Positions 52,355-64,000 of a stretch of DNA of 64,000 nucleotides are shown in pieces. Made by a program: the position numbers and the translations under genes. Within the stretch, counting starts at the first letter, position 1. Each line of letters opens with the position of its first letter. This DNA is from Psilocybe cubensis (taxonomy: Eukaryota): contig CM039006.1 of the NCBI GenBank assembly GCA_017499595.2, positions 124,001 to 188,000 of the forward strand, in the 5' to 3' direction. The notes below the pieces were generated by a model. It did not search any database. It saw only the letters and a program-made list of their open reading frames with translations, and was not told the DNA's origin.

Positions 52355-53784
52355 ATGTCTCTGAGCGCCCCTCACTCACAGCACTCTCGTTCGTTCATAG
52401 CAAAGGGAAATGGAGCGGCTGGAATTGAAACCATGACGCTTGTGTCAATCTTTGTACAATCTATTCTTTATGGTGAGTTTCTTTGGTTGTCAGTGGCATG
52501 CTCTACTCACCAATTGTCTGTGTTTTCAGGCCTTTTTATTGTTCTATTCATTGCGTCAACTGCCATACTGCTTCGAAAGTCAAGACTTCAGAAGAAACCT
52601 ATTAACAAACCAATGCTCACTGCATCGTTGACCATGTTCATTCTTGCCACTGTGGTAAGGACGAGTTGATTGAATATTTTGAGCTCCAGTTCCTTCACTT
52701 ACCTTTCTTGTAGCATCTGGCAGCTGACTTGAGACGGGTGTTGGACGCATTCGTTCGGCATGCAGAACAACCTGGGGGAACCAAAGGATACCTTTCGCTC
52801 GTTAGTGAGCCAACCTATGTCTTGCAAAGCACAGCCTATGGAACACAAACTCTTGTTGGGGATGCCTTTATGGTGAGTCGATAGTGGTCATCTATGTTGT
52901 GGGTATTGATATCTTCAGCTCTACCGCTTGCACCTGGTTTGGAACGGGGATATGAAGATTGTTGTTCCACTTCTGGTGTGCTACATAGCCAGCGCTGGTC
53001 GGACTCGTTTCCGATTTTGAAGTGATACAACTGATTCTCTTACAGGTGTTGGACTGGGTGCAGTACAAGGATTTGCTCGCTCAGGACCGCATCCATCCGA
53101 TATATTCATTGGGTCTCTAGGGCGATGGAGCATTTCTTTCTTTTCTCTCACGTTATTTACCAACCTCACTTGCACAGGTATATATTTCATATTTTTTGAG
53201 TCCTTTTTGTTTATTTAACGATATACATCCAGTTTTGATTGCTTTAAAAATCTGGTGGATGCACAAAAGAACTAAATCCATAGTTTCGGGAGTCAGCGTT
53301 CTCCCAGCCATGGTCATCATCATTGAATCAGGAGCTCTCTATTCTGCGGTGTTGATCATCTTGCTAACGACTTATGCCGCCGGGAGCTATTCGCAGTACA
53401 TAGCACTAGATGCGGTATGTCTACATTACTTTAGCCCTGCTACGAACTTTGACTGACCTCCAAAGCAACAGGTGACTCAAATTATTGTGCGTATTTCTCG
53501 TCAATTTTCCATGCCTCAATTGAAGTTTCTCCTCGTACCAGGGAATCACTTTCTCTCTTGTTATTATCCGCGTCGGACTAAAGATATCGGATGACCGCAA
53601 GCAAAAACAAGGTGGCAGGCTGACCACGCTAGTTTTTGGCGGCAGCACGGAAGCAAGAACCATGGATGACCCGGAGTCAGATTATGTCATTGACTTACGG
53701 CCCTTTCGTGGGCAGATAGACATCGTTGTCAAGACAGAAGAGCATACTACAGAAGCGACCGATCGCATAGCGGCGGAGACGTGA
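52355..53784 (+). CDS. Multi-pass (about 7 TM) membrane protein, copy 2 (tandem paralogue)
   Basis: GIETMTLVSIFVQSILYG...QTLVGDAFMLYRLHLVW...LIALKIWW...IIESGALYS; colinear with copy 1. Start codon uncertain. Confidence 0.75.
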
Positions 53785-54154
53785 TTCAAAAGTAGCGACC
53801 GCTTTTTGCAGTGCACTGCCAGCCTGACAAGCCGAATATCAGATGAGCGCACCATATATCTGGCAGGCTATTGCATAGTCGGTCTCTTTAAACGGCACTG
53901 CTTACGGTGTCGTTTACAACCGTACTATTGTGTATTAATATGTAAACAAATGTGCTACATTCTTGTACAAGAGAACAACTTTCTCAAATCAATGTGAGAT
54001 TGGCAATGGCACTTCAGCGTGACCGTAGAGGTCCTTGGTATCATCTTGATTTAATTTTTTTGGTCTTCGATTATCTCACTCGGAAAGCCTTTTAACAAAA
54101 TATATAAAGCGCAATTTTGTTTAAATAAATATATAGATCTATATAAATCTACAG

Positions 54155-57100
54155 TTACCTCGAATACTGAACGGAGAATCCTTTGTTGAAGGCAACACCA
54201 ACAGTAACATCCAACACCTTGTTGGCAGCATCATAAGAAACATCGGACCTTTTCACCGACCTGCCATCAACCGTCACCCTCGAAGGGTTGGCATTAACCC
54301 CGAGGAATCTCACACGGGCAACATTGACGCCCGTGCGGTATCCAAAACGACCGGACACATCCAGCTTGCCATTCGAGAACGCGAACTTGACATTGGTCGA
54401 AGAGGTAACGACGAGAGATTCCCCGTCATCGATGTACAGGGAGCCAGAGGCCTCTCCACGTGCGTTGGGCGCGACGACGAGCTCAAAGTCTGTCTTGCGC
54501 AGCTCGATGGTGGTCATGGCGGACTTGCTGCGAAGGGGCAGGACGACACCGCTCTTGATGTGCAGAGGGATCTCAGTGAAGCTAACATTCTCGAATTTAA
54601 CGAAGGAGCCGGTGCCTTGAACGGGCGCGAGCGTGTTGAAGTCATAGAAGGTATCCTTAGGGAGATAGATGGAGACCGACGTGGCGTCATCTTCAGTGAC
54701 TGGAGAAACGAGGATGGAGTCTCCGTAGAAGAACTGGAGGTCAATGGGGAAGGTGTTACTGTCCTTGGGGTACTTAAACCACAAGGGATGGAGGACGGGA
54801 GTTCCATCAAGATGGGCTTGGTGGAAGGCGGTGTAAAGATAGTCCATTAGACGGTAGCTTGACCCTTCATTAGCAGGGGCTGAAGGGATTTCTAAAAAAA
54901 ACATACCGAACATCGATAGCGGACCTCGCAGCCTCAGCAACAGTGGGCCAGATGTAGAACTCCTGACTGATGGAGTCTTCGCCGTTGTGCTAATGACAGA
55001 TTTGAGAATGAAGGTTCGAAAAAGTACAAAATAAATCACGAACATTGCGCATGAAGGGTTGGAAGGCTCCAAGCGAAGCCCAACGTGCGCAGAGCGTTTC
55101 AGTTGTATTGCCACCTATGAAAAACCACAGTTTGAGTATATGGAATTCGTATTAATCAGTGAAAGGGCTTACCGAAGCCACAAATATCGCTGCCCACCAT
55201 GGGGACCTGATAAATGGAGGCAAAGCCAAGCATCCCAGCGATAGAGAAGCGGTAGTGGTCCCACAAGCTAAGATTATCCCCAAGCCATTTGCCGACGTGA
55301 GCACCGGCGCCAGCAAAGGTAGAGCGAGTGATGATCAAGGGCTTCTTGGACGGGCGGCGTGCCAGCATCGCATGACGAGTCTCCGTGGACATCATTGAAC
55401 CATAGAGATTGTGTGTATCATACTGAGTTAATCCATTGTATTGCTTGATGGAGGTCTGTGAGGCTTGGGTAAGCGATGGTTATTGTGGAGAGAGTACGTG
55501 CTGCCTACATCGGCGGTTTTGTTCGACAGTGACCCAATAGCATTGTCGATAGCGTATGGAGGGTTAATGATGTCATCCCTCTTGCTAAGCTGTGCAACTT
55601 CGGCGGAAGTGTTGGTAAAGAGCGGTGTATCAGCATTGGGAGGGAGTCGGGGACGAGGGGGAGGAAGCTTCTGCTCGATAGACTGGGCGTATGGATCGGC
55701 GCAGGGAGCAATGCAGAACTGAAATTTCGAGCAATTATTGAATGGCACAAGGTTTTGAGAAACTAATGACTCTTACACTGGCAGGTTCGTTCATGTCGAT
55801 CCAAACACCGTCGATATCAACGCCAGTTTGAGGGTTGTAGAAGCGCTTAAATTGATTTGTCCAGTACCTTACACGCCCATATTAGTTGTTGATCGCCGCG
55901 AAAATAAACAAACTCACTTGCGAATATTCTTGTGGAACCAATCTGAAAGTACAATCGTTCAGTTGAGTCTAAATTCACGTTCACTTTTCTAAGCTTACCA
56001 GGGAAAACGCTAACACCTATGGTAAATGCTTAGAAACATTTACAGAACGCGCGAATGCAATACGTACCTGCCCAAACAAGGCCGATGTAGGGGTCTCCGG
56101 TACTATTTTTCAAATAAATATCGAGCTCCTTCCCTTCTTCATATGCGGCATAGCCTTCCCCGGGGAAATATCCGATGGCGGGATCTGTCATCATAACTGT
56201 GCGTGCAGTCGTTAGGAATTGTGATGAGTGATGTATAATAGTACTTGCTGTATTTCTGTCCCTTTCCATGGAGGTAATCAACGATTTCCCTGACCTTCTT
56301 CAGAGGGAAGTAATCGGGATCGAGGGTGAAAGTCCTTCGCCTGTCCATGTAATCTGTAATACGGTTAGACTGGCTATACGTATAGGAAAGGGTAAAACTT
56401 ACCAATATCTGTCCACATTGTTTCGAGGGGGATCTTGGAAGCTGCGTATCTGACAATAACATTGGCAACATCAACAAAATCTGCAACAAACAGTGTAAGA
56501 AATTGGAGGTTCAACAAATGTTAAAAGAGCGAACCTCTGTAGCCGAATCGACACTGGTGGAACCCAAACGACCAGTATGGTACTTCCGCGGGTAGTCCAA
56601 CAACCTCAGAATATTGACGGGCTAATTCAGTGGGATCCCGTTCGCTGCCGGCAAGGAAATAGAAATCGAGAACACCTCCGATGATATTGTATTCAAGCGA
56701 GTTGCTGTTCAACTTGATATCCATGCCGTTCGAGTTGAGCAAGAAGACACCGTGGGTACCAGTCGTACGATGCTCAAAGTAGACGGGGTGGTTACCGTAC
56801 AAGTTCGATCTGGGTGAAATGCCATACGCATCCCTCGACCAGAGAGTCAGGGTCAGGTTGTCGGTCGGAAGGTGGAAAGGATTTGTGTGCTCTCCGAGAC
56901 CATAAATGTTGGGGTTCTGAGGCAAGTTGGTCTTGACACGAAGATACTGGGGTTCGAATATTAAAGGGTTGCCTGCAGTCGAAAATAGGACCTCGCGAGT
57001 GTTGGCACGATACACAGAGAATGAGAAGGGAGAAGTCGTGTAGTTGAAACGTATATTAGCGGCTTGCGGTGGCACAGAACGTCTGGCATCGGGGCGGGGA

Positions 57101-57461
57101 AAAACTGAAGCAGGTACTTCATATCGGGCGGCGGACGCGTCAACAATTTTGACGTGGATACGGTCGGCTGAAAAATAAGGTTAGCATTCGTCGATGATGA
57201 GAAGTCCAGTCCCCTACAGGTCTCGTATACAACGTTGAGGGACAGTTTGTTGATGTCGGGGCCAAAGACGTTGCATCCTGAGCCTCTCAGCGTAAGATCT
57301 GCGGTAAGCCCGTCGCGTTTTGTCCTAACATTGGTGGCAGTGTAGCCAGGGCATGCTTGGAGGATGCTGGGATCGACAACAGCAGCAAGGGTAGATACTG
57401 GCAGAAGAGATAAAGCTACAAGGGCGCGTAGCTTCGAGTTCCGATGCTGGTTGGACATCAT
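54155..57461 (-). CDS. Secreted glycoside hydrolase family 31 alpha-glucosidase
   Basis: Signal peptide, [32 protein letters not shown], catalytic [24 protein letters not shown]. Confidence 0.95.
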
Positions 57462-59765
57462 GAGAAGGACCACAAAGAAAAGAGCAGAAAAGCGAACCAC
57501 TTTATACTGCTAGACATGCAAAGCATGAACTTGGTGTTGCATTTCTCGGCTACAATGCATTTCCTTGGTAAATTGCATCTGATATGAGTCGGTAGAGTCC
57601 AATTTCTGATTAAGCCTTTGGTTTACCTTTCAGCCTGGCCCAAGAGTCGTTGCGCACGATGGGGGACTCTAGAAACCCGAGTTAGAAAACATCCGCATCC
57701 GATTTACAGACAAAAACCGGCCCTAAGTGATGATATTGGTCACGAGGCATGACCCCACATATTTTGTTGGGGTCTCACACTGATCGCGTAGGCTTTACAT
57801 GTTCATCTCAACTCCATCCGTCCATTGGTATCCAAATATCTGCGACGAAGACGATTTAGAGTCGCATATTCACTGGGTTGAAAATCAAATGCCTCTTCTA
57901 CCGACCGTTGTCAAATTTATCTGGTTCCAAACTCTGGGGATCAAGAAGGATTTGAGCGGCGTCGACAGCCATTAACATCGGCACCCATGGGGTGAAGTGG
58001 GGTAATGTAAGGCACTTTCTGATACCAGTATTTTTTTACCAGGTCAGAAGACATCTCAAGACTTTCGACAACGTGGTCGAAGGCTCGGAACTCCCGAATG
58101 CTCAAGCGCTCAGGCCCAGGTTTCAAAAACTTGGCTCTAACATGGGAACCGAATTATCCTCTATGAAGCCTGTGGTTTATTGTACGCCCTGTGCCTATGA
58201 TTTTATACATGATGCAAGTCTGCGACAATGATAGAGGTCAATGAAAGCAACATTTTGGCTTAGTGGCGCACTGAGCTGACTCCCTCGTTGCAGCTCAATA
58301 TTATTGACCATGAACTTTTTTACTGTTCCATGAACCTTTCGCGGCCTTTCGCTCGTAAAGGGGTGCTTGGGATTTGGAGCACAACAAGAAGTTGAGATGT
58401 GCGTAATGACGGCGTATATGAAAAAGGCTCCAATAAAAGGTTCGGATCTCGCATGAATCGTAAGAAATGATACAAATCGAATATCACATTTTAGGACGTC
58501 CACCGACAGAAGCGCTCAAGCCACGATAGCGCCACGCGAGTTCCACGCGGTATTCAAACATTTTGGGTCCATGAATCCATTGCGGCCGATTGACCAGCAT
58601 TCTGGCCGAGGAGTTCTTATGTCCGTCTGCAGCCGATGCATATAATTTGCCAGTACACCCACACAGCAGGCTTCAGTCACCCCTTACCACTCAAGACTAT
58701 CTATCGCCCAATTGAATCTTTGAGCAAAATTACAGTTGCCGCGTCCATTCCCGGACCTTTGCATCAGCGAATGTTCGAGAAATAGCAATAAAATAATGTC
58801 CGGTGCCCCGCAACCTCAACCCCATGCGTTCCAAATTCGGGTAATTCTGGGCCTTGGCCTTCATCATGAATGATTTTACGTAGCTTGCCTCCAAAACCTA
58901 CTCAGACCCGCCGAATTCCAATTGCGTTTCTCTGGGTCTTGTCCTGTTTCTAGAAGGAAATCTTAGCTCAATCATGCGGCGAGGAACCGCTTCCCAGTGA
59001 CGTTCGCACACAGGATAATTTTGCTAAACGTTGCACGTTGTCATGTACTTCGTTCTTTCGCAGCAATCGTTCATGATTCTATCCATCCACAATCACTGTA
59101 TGGTTATCAACGTTTGGTAGAATCGAGTGGTTTGAGCATCTAACTCGCCTCTGTGGTTTACTGTCTTTGTGCTCACACCTCGAGTAACGACCCATCTTTG
59201 ATTGTATATACGCTAACTTGACTAATATCAACCAGCAGGCAAACGGGTAGAGTCATTTTGACTATCTTTTGACTATCTATTTACTAGTACTCGCTACTTC
59301 CACGCACCATTGACGATTTATATTCGTATCATGCTCATACGACCAAATGCAGTTACACTATTGCTGCGCAATATACTGACGGTGCTCTCGCGATTTCTTT
59401 TCATTGTTGAAGAATCACGATTGGTTGAATTGAAAGAGACTTGCTCTCTTCCGCCTTTACCTATACCTTGCTTTCGAAGTTGACCGCCCCATTACCGCAT
59501 CTGAAAATTATGTGCGTAATGCTCTAACTTTTGTGGTGATTTGACTTTGAATTGACTTGAAATTTCAAACGGGCTTCAAAGAATAATTATTGATAAAATA
59601 TTATGAGATAAAAAATCGTTGTGATATTTGTCGATCGATGTACTAAGCAAACGCTAAACGACCACGTAATTCTACTGTTAAATTGTCCATTCCGATAGGG
59701 ATGTGCGAGTCGTTCTTTACCCGGCTAACGAAATAATGAACAGGTGCCGTGATTTATACCAAATT

Positions 59766-61054
59766 CTAGAAGGCAGTTCCCTGTTCGGAGCCTAGACGAT
59801 AAAGTGTGAGTTAGTAAACTCCGTTTTGTAGTCGTTGAAGGCCCGAGGCATACTCTCTGCAAAGATTGGTTATTATTTTAGTATGACAGTACAATATGGC
59901 ATAGAATAAATTTACACACCAGTCCTGCGGAAAGCAGTTCCCTGCTCAGAGGCTACAAAATAGAAGTCAGGACATTAATATTTATCAGGAGTTCAGAAGA
60001 GATTTTAAATACCATCAACGCGTTTAAAAGCCGTTCCCTGTTCACCGCGCTTGAATGCAGTGCTCTGCTCGTCACGTTTGAAAGCCGTGCCTTGTTCGCC
60101 ACGTCGGAAAGCGGTGCTCTGCTCCTCACGCTTGAAGGCGGTCTCCTGCTCATCGCGCTTGAAAGCGGTCCCCTGATCATTGCGCTTGAAAGCGGTTCCT
60201 TGTTCGTCTCGCCTAAATTCAGTGCTCTGTTCGCCACGCTTGAAAGCAGTTCCTTGTTCGCCACGCTTGAAAGCAGTTCCCTGTTCGTCACGCTTGAACG
60301 CAGTGGACTGCTCGTCGCGCTTGAACGCAGTATTCTGCTCGCCACGTTTGAAAGCAGTACCTTGTTCATCACGTCGGAAAGTAGTGCCTTGTTCATCACG
60401 GCGGGACGCAGTGCCCTGTTCGCTACGTTTGAACGCGGTTCCCTGCTCGGCGTCTAAACCAAAATTCTCAAAACGGACAATGTTCGGGTGCAATTCAAAG
60501 AAGCATACCTTCTACTAAAAAGGCAAAAATTAAGAGCTGTCATAATTCTATTTCTAAATCAACAAAAACGTACCAGCTCTACGGAAGGCGGTTCCTTGTT
60601 CGGTGGCTGATAGAAGCTCAGGGAAAATGATATTGTAGGGGAGGAAGTTCATGGTGCTTACCCTCTATGAAAGAAGTTCAGAAATAGACAGAACCGGAAT
60701 TTAGTGTAATTAGTACTCACTGGACCTACGGAACGCAGTTCCTTGCTCGGAAGCTTCGGAAAGTGTCGTTTATTTCCAAAGAGCAGCAAGACAGGATACA
60801 ACCAAACTTACAAGGAATAAGATCTACAATTTGATTCAATATAAATATTGTATATAAGTAGGATATATAGCAAAGTAACACTCACCAGTCCTACGGAATG
60901 CGGTTCCCTGCTCTGAGTCTAAGTACAAGTATTATCATTCAGTCAAGGAGTGAAACATAAATTATGACCACATACTTTGGCTGGCTATTGGGCTAGCTGA
61001 TACCATGAAGGCCGACATGGCGGTGACAGCAAAGAGCAAGTGCTTAAATTGCAT
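59766..61054 (-). CDS. Secreted Kex2-processed repeat protein (KEP); candidate RiPP precursor
   Basis: Signal peptide MQFKHLLFAVTAMSAFMVSASP. Spliced product ...NSEQGTAFRR TDLIPSSEQGTAFRR SKATEQGTAFRR A(V)EDAEQGTAFKR, then 15 further 9-aa repeats, then VDASEQGTAFRR TESSEQGTAF*. All introns are GT-AG and phase 1. Confidence 0.9.
60013..60453 (-). repeat. 16 tandem 27-bp coding repeats (x-E-Q-G-T-A-F-K/R-R)
   Basis: Read directly from ORF 60005-60493; third positions vary while the dibasic sites are retained in every unit. Confidence 0.95.
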
Positions 61055-62059
61055 GGTGAAAGTGTTGTGGCAAGGAACTTGTAGATGGGGGATCTAACTT
61101 TCGATAAATTTTTGACCATTTTTATATGAAAATTGAGCACCCGCAGCGAGGGTAATATTGTCGATTAGTAACGTAGGTTGTACGCGAGTCTCCCGGGTAT
61201 GAGAAGGCATTGTTACATGGCTTCTTTTGTCCAGATTGCAAAAATCTTGTGATGGAGCCACAACAGTGGAATTGTATCGCCTCGTCCTCTGACACGGAAC
61301 ACATTTAAAACTATATTGATTAGCAGTTGAGTTTCTTTATTTTTGCCGACGTGTATTCATTCTGGCCCGAGTGTTTTCGTCGATTACGGCTCTCCGAGCG
61401 AGATTCTGAGAGAAAGGAACGAGGGTGAGCCCCACCGAGTAGGTCTTAGCCCGGATTAAACCTTGAAACATTGAGTGTCTGCTGACCGTTACTAAGACCA
61501 AGTCAATGGCTCAGATACCCATATCTGCAATCTTATACGGTGGAAGCTCACCAGGTGTGAAATACATATTGGTCATTAACCCCAATTCTATTTTTTAGAA
61601 AGTCTGAACTTTATCTTCAAACTAATAAAAGATTGTGATAGTGAGAACCCCTTTCTTCAATCTCATGCTAGACAGAGGGAACGCGGAAAATTTCTTTGGG
61701 GACTAGCGTCATCGATATCCCCATCAGTGGATTGTATTTTGAACATAGTTTGTCGAAGCTTGGATGTATTCATCTCAATATGACACGCGTCTCGCCGCAC
61801 TTTACTCAGGATTATCATGTGGGCTACCCTTCTCTCAAGCACGGGAATCAAACTACGCATTCACGACGAAATTCTTGCATGAAAATACCGCTCAATAAAG
61901 CTTCCCGCTGTAGTTCTCAGTAGCATATTGCTCTGCCACAGCAAGAAAATAAACACAACTAACACATGTTATATCAACAATGATTCGAATCAATTTAACA
62001 AAATCTTATCGTGCTAGATTTAAGGAAAGTACACCAGATCAAACATCATCTACTAACAC

Positions 62060-63073
62060 CTAATTGGGACTTCTACTGGTTTTATTCCTGACAATGTGAT
62101 CGGATGGAACGTGAACGGCATTCTGAACTGCCCAATTGTAAATAGCGTCGAAACGACGGCATTGGTGTATCTTGTCAAAATTTGGGTGAGGTTTATCGCC
62201 CTTCCATCTGTATGTGAGTACAGTAACATCCCCAGCACACGATATGGTTTGTCGAAGCAATTCAATGCAATGATCTTGAATGTTTTTGAAAGGATTGAGC
62301 TTGGTTAAAGTTTCTGACATGGATCAAGAAATACCTAGGTGTCCTCTGAGTTCCTCCGCTGGTACTGTAAAGAAGCGGTCATCCTTGTAATACATCGGGT
62401 ACGTTGCTTTGCGCAGTAAATTCTGGATATTTTTTTAGCCATCTTCGCCTTCTGAAGGTTCAATACTTACTACACAATGAAGCTGATGGAGAACCCCGAC
62501 TGAGGCCATGGCACCGCCGCCGTCTTCTTCAGAGAATTTTACCAAAGTTTCATTGTCTTCAGTGTTAACCAATGACAACCATTCCATCGGGATTCTCATA
62601 GGGCGCACTGGTGGAGGTATTTTAGTATCCCAAGTATGGCTATAAAAGCAGTATCTCTACCGTCATCTGTTATCTTGTCCCAAGCTGCAGTAATCTCCGG
62701 TGTTGGGTGCCCCTGGTAAAGCATAGACTCTTCTGATGATAGATTGAAGAGACGTGGGTAGTAGTTTATAACACCAGATGCGGGCGCTAAAAAGCGTAAA
62801 TAAGTATGTTTCATAGAGAAATCATAATGACCTACAAAACGATGTCACTCGGGAAATGAACTCTTGTTCAATATCGTGCCTGATGCGTAGCGCTTCAAGA
62901 AAGAACAATATACCGGCTGTAAGGAAGACGATGTTCAAAGTAGTTGCACAGAAGAAGGCAGCCCTAGAGTATGACCTTGGAGGTTGTTTTGGAGTAACTC
63001 TGGGAAGCAAATTCTCTAAGGAGGGCGTTTCGCCCTTGTCATCAAGGAGGGAGTATACTGGATGGTCAGGCAT
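62060..63073 (-). CDS. DUF3328/UstYa-family oxidase
   Basis: N-terminal TM helix, YQGHPTPEITAAWDKI, GGGAMASVGVLHQLHCV/NLLRK, LRGHL/DHCIELLRQTISCAGDVT, PNFDKIHQCRRFDAIYNWA. Both HxxHC motifs (HQLHC, HLDHC) are present after splicing. Confidence 0.92.
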
Positions 63074-64000
63074 GACAAAAGAAAACAATCTCTGAGAAAT
63101 AAGAACGGATGTGTTAAATGCTCTAATATCGCTTGAGAGTCTTGATTGTGTTTTGGGGGAGCAAATGGAATCAAAATTATTCCGAATAACTTCAGAAACT
63201 CGATAAATTTCCCCGAGATCCGCTCATATTAACTCTCCGGTCTGACCATTGGCTTTGTTGTAACACTGACCTTGAGTTAACTTGGATGCATTGGCACGCG
63301 CGAAAGGGGATGTCTCAGGCTTTGAGTATAACTGCGTAGCATTGGCAAATAACCCCTTTTTGTAAAGCCGTGTCAATTTAAAACTACCCGATGCGTACAA
63401 TTACGATCTTCAGTTTAGGAAGGGTAGTTGAATACTGGTTATAATCGTAGAAAACGATTTCTCCCGTGGGAGTTTGAAGTAGAAATAATTTGCCAATCCT
63501 TTTGGAAGTTTACCAAAGTTTACCATCAATTGCCATAACCCCCAGGGAAGAAATTTTGGTCATCCACAACAAGTCAGATAGCCTAGCGATTGGGAAATGG
63601 TTGATACCATGCTAATTTGTGGAAAAAAAAAATTCACTGCGGCTGAGCGGCTTTCAGCTCCACTCCCTGTCATATTTCTATTTCTGTTCAACTTTGTTTC
63701 TTGCTTCGCCCATACTGGGCCGGTAACAAATCTATTCCAGTCTATAGAAGTATAACTTGAGTTTGATTCTTATGCCATTTTTCTCTCATAGCATTCTCGG
63801 TTACGTGTACAATTACGATAGATGCCTCAGTCTATCATCACGATGAAGTTTAATGGATTGATAGGATTGCCAGTGATACTAAACATAATTTTGAACCTTG
63901 TAACTTGGTCTATCCTCGCTTTTGATGGTGCTGAGATCCACGATATTGTGTGGCTCTGAGCTGTCGGCCGTTCGCCCCCCTTGCCTTGGACGTGATCCCT

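Noticed and set aside
47861-57461. P450 and GH31 as members of the RiPP cluster
   Set aside because: The P450 is about 10 kb away behind unrelated genes and the GH31 is an ordinary alpha-glucosidase; nothing in the sequence ties them to the KEP.
57500-59760. Additional cluster gene between GH31 and the KEP
   Set aside because: Only short ORFs without motifs or a consistent exon chain; treated as intergenic.
60013-60453. CRISPR-like array
   Set aside because: Contiguous 27-bp units with no unique spacers, in frame and with synonymous variation, in a eukaryotic gene; this is a coding repeat.
59953-60518. Alternative-frame and antisense repetitive ORFs (59953-60399, 60092-60457, 60180-60518)
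   Set aside because: Shadows of the 27-bp repeat; only the EQGTAFKR frame links to a signal peptide through splice sites.

Overview
Eukaryotic, intron-rich fungal DNA; gene content and short GT-AG introns point to a mushroom-forming basidiomycete (Agaricomycetes), species not determinable here. A few housekeeping genes (RPL14, mitochondrial MetRS, Atg14/UVRAG-like, GH31 alpha-glucosidase, AKR, P450) sit among locally duplicated accessory genes (F-box-like triplet, two pairs of multi-TM proteins, pairs of small Cys-rich secreted proteins). Five non-autonomous TIR elements of two types have readable target-site duplications. The main result is at the right end: a secreted Kex2-processed repeat precursor (about 21 copies of x-E-Q-G-T-A-F-[KR]R, built partly from 3-33 nt micro-exons) about 1 kb downstream of a co-oriented DUF3328/UstYa-type oxidase with both HxxHC motifs. 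This is a candidate fungal RiPP (dikaritin-like) locus with a Tyr-free core. Also notable: a pair of knottin-like 8-Cys propeptides, an intronless GDPD-fold gene, and an inverted element pair bracketing the 3' half of a disrupted secreted-protein gene. All gene models were spliced by eye and family assignments come from motif recognition, not database searches.
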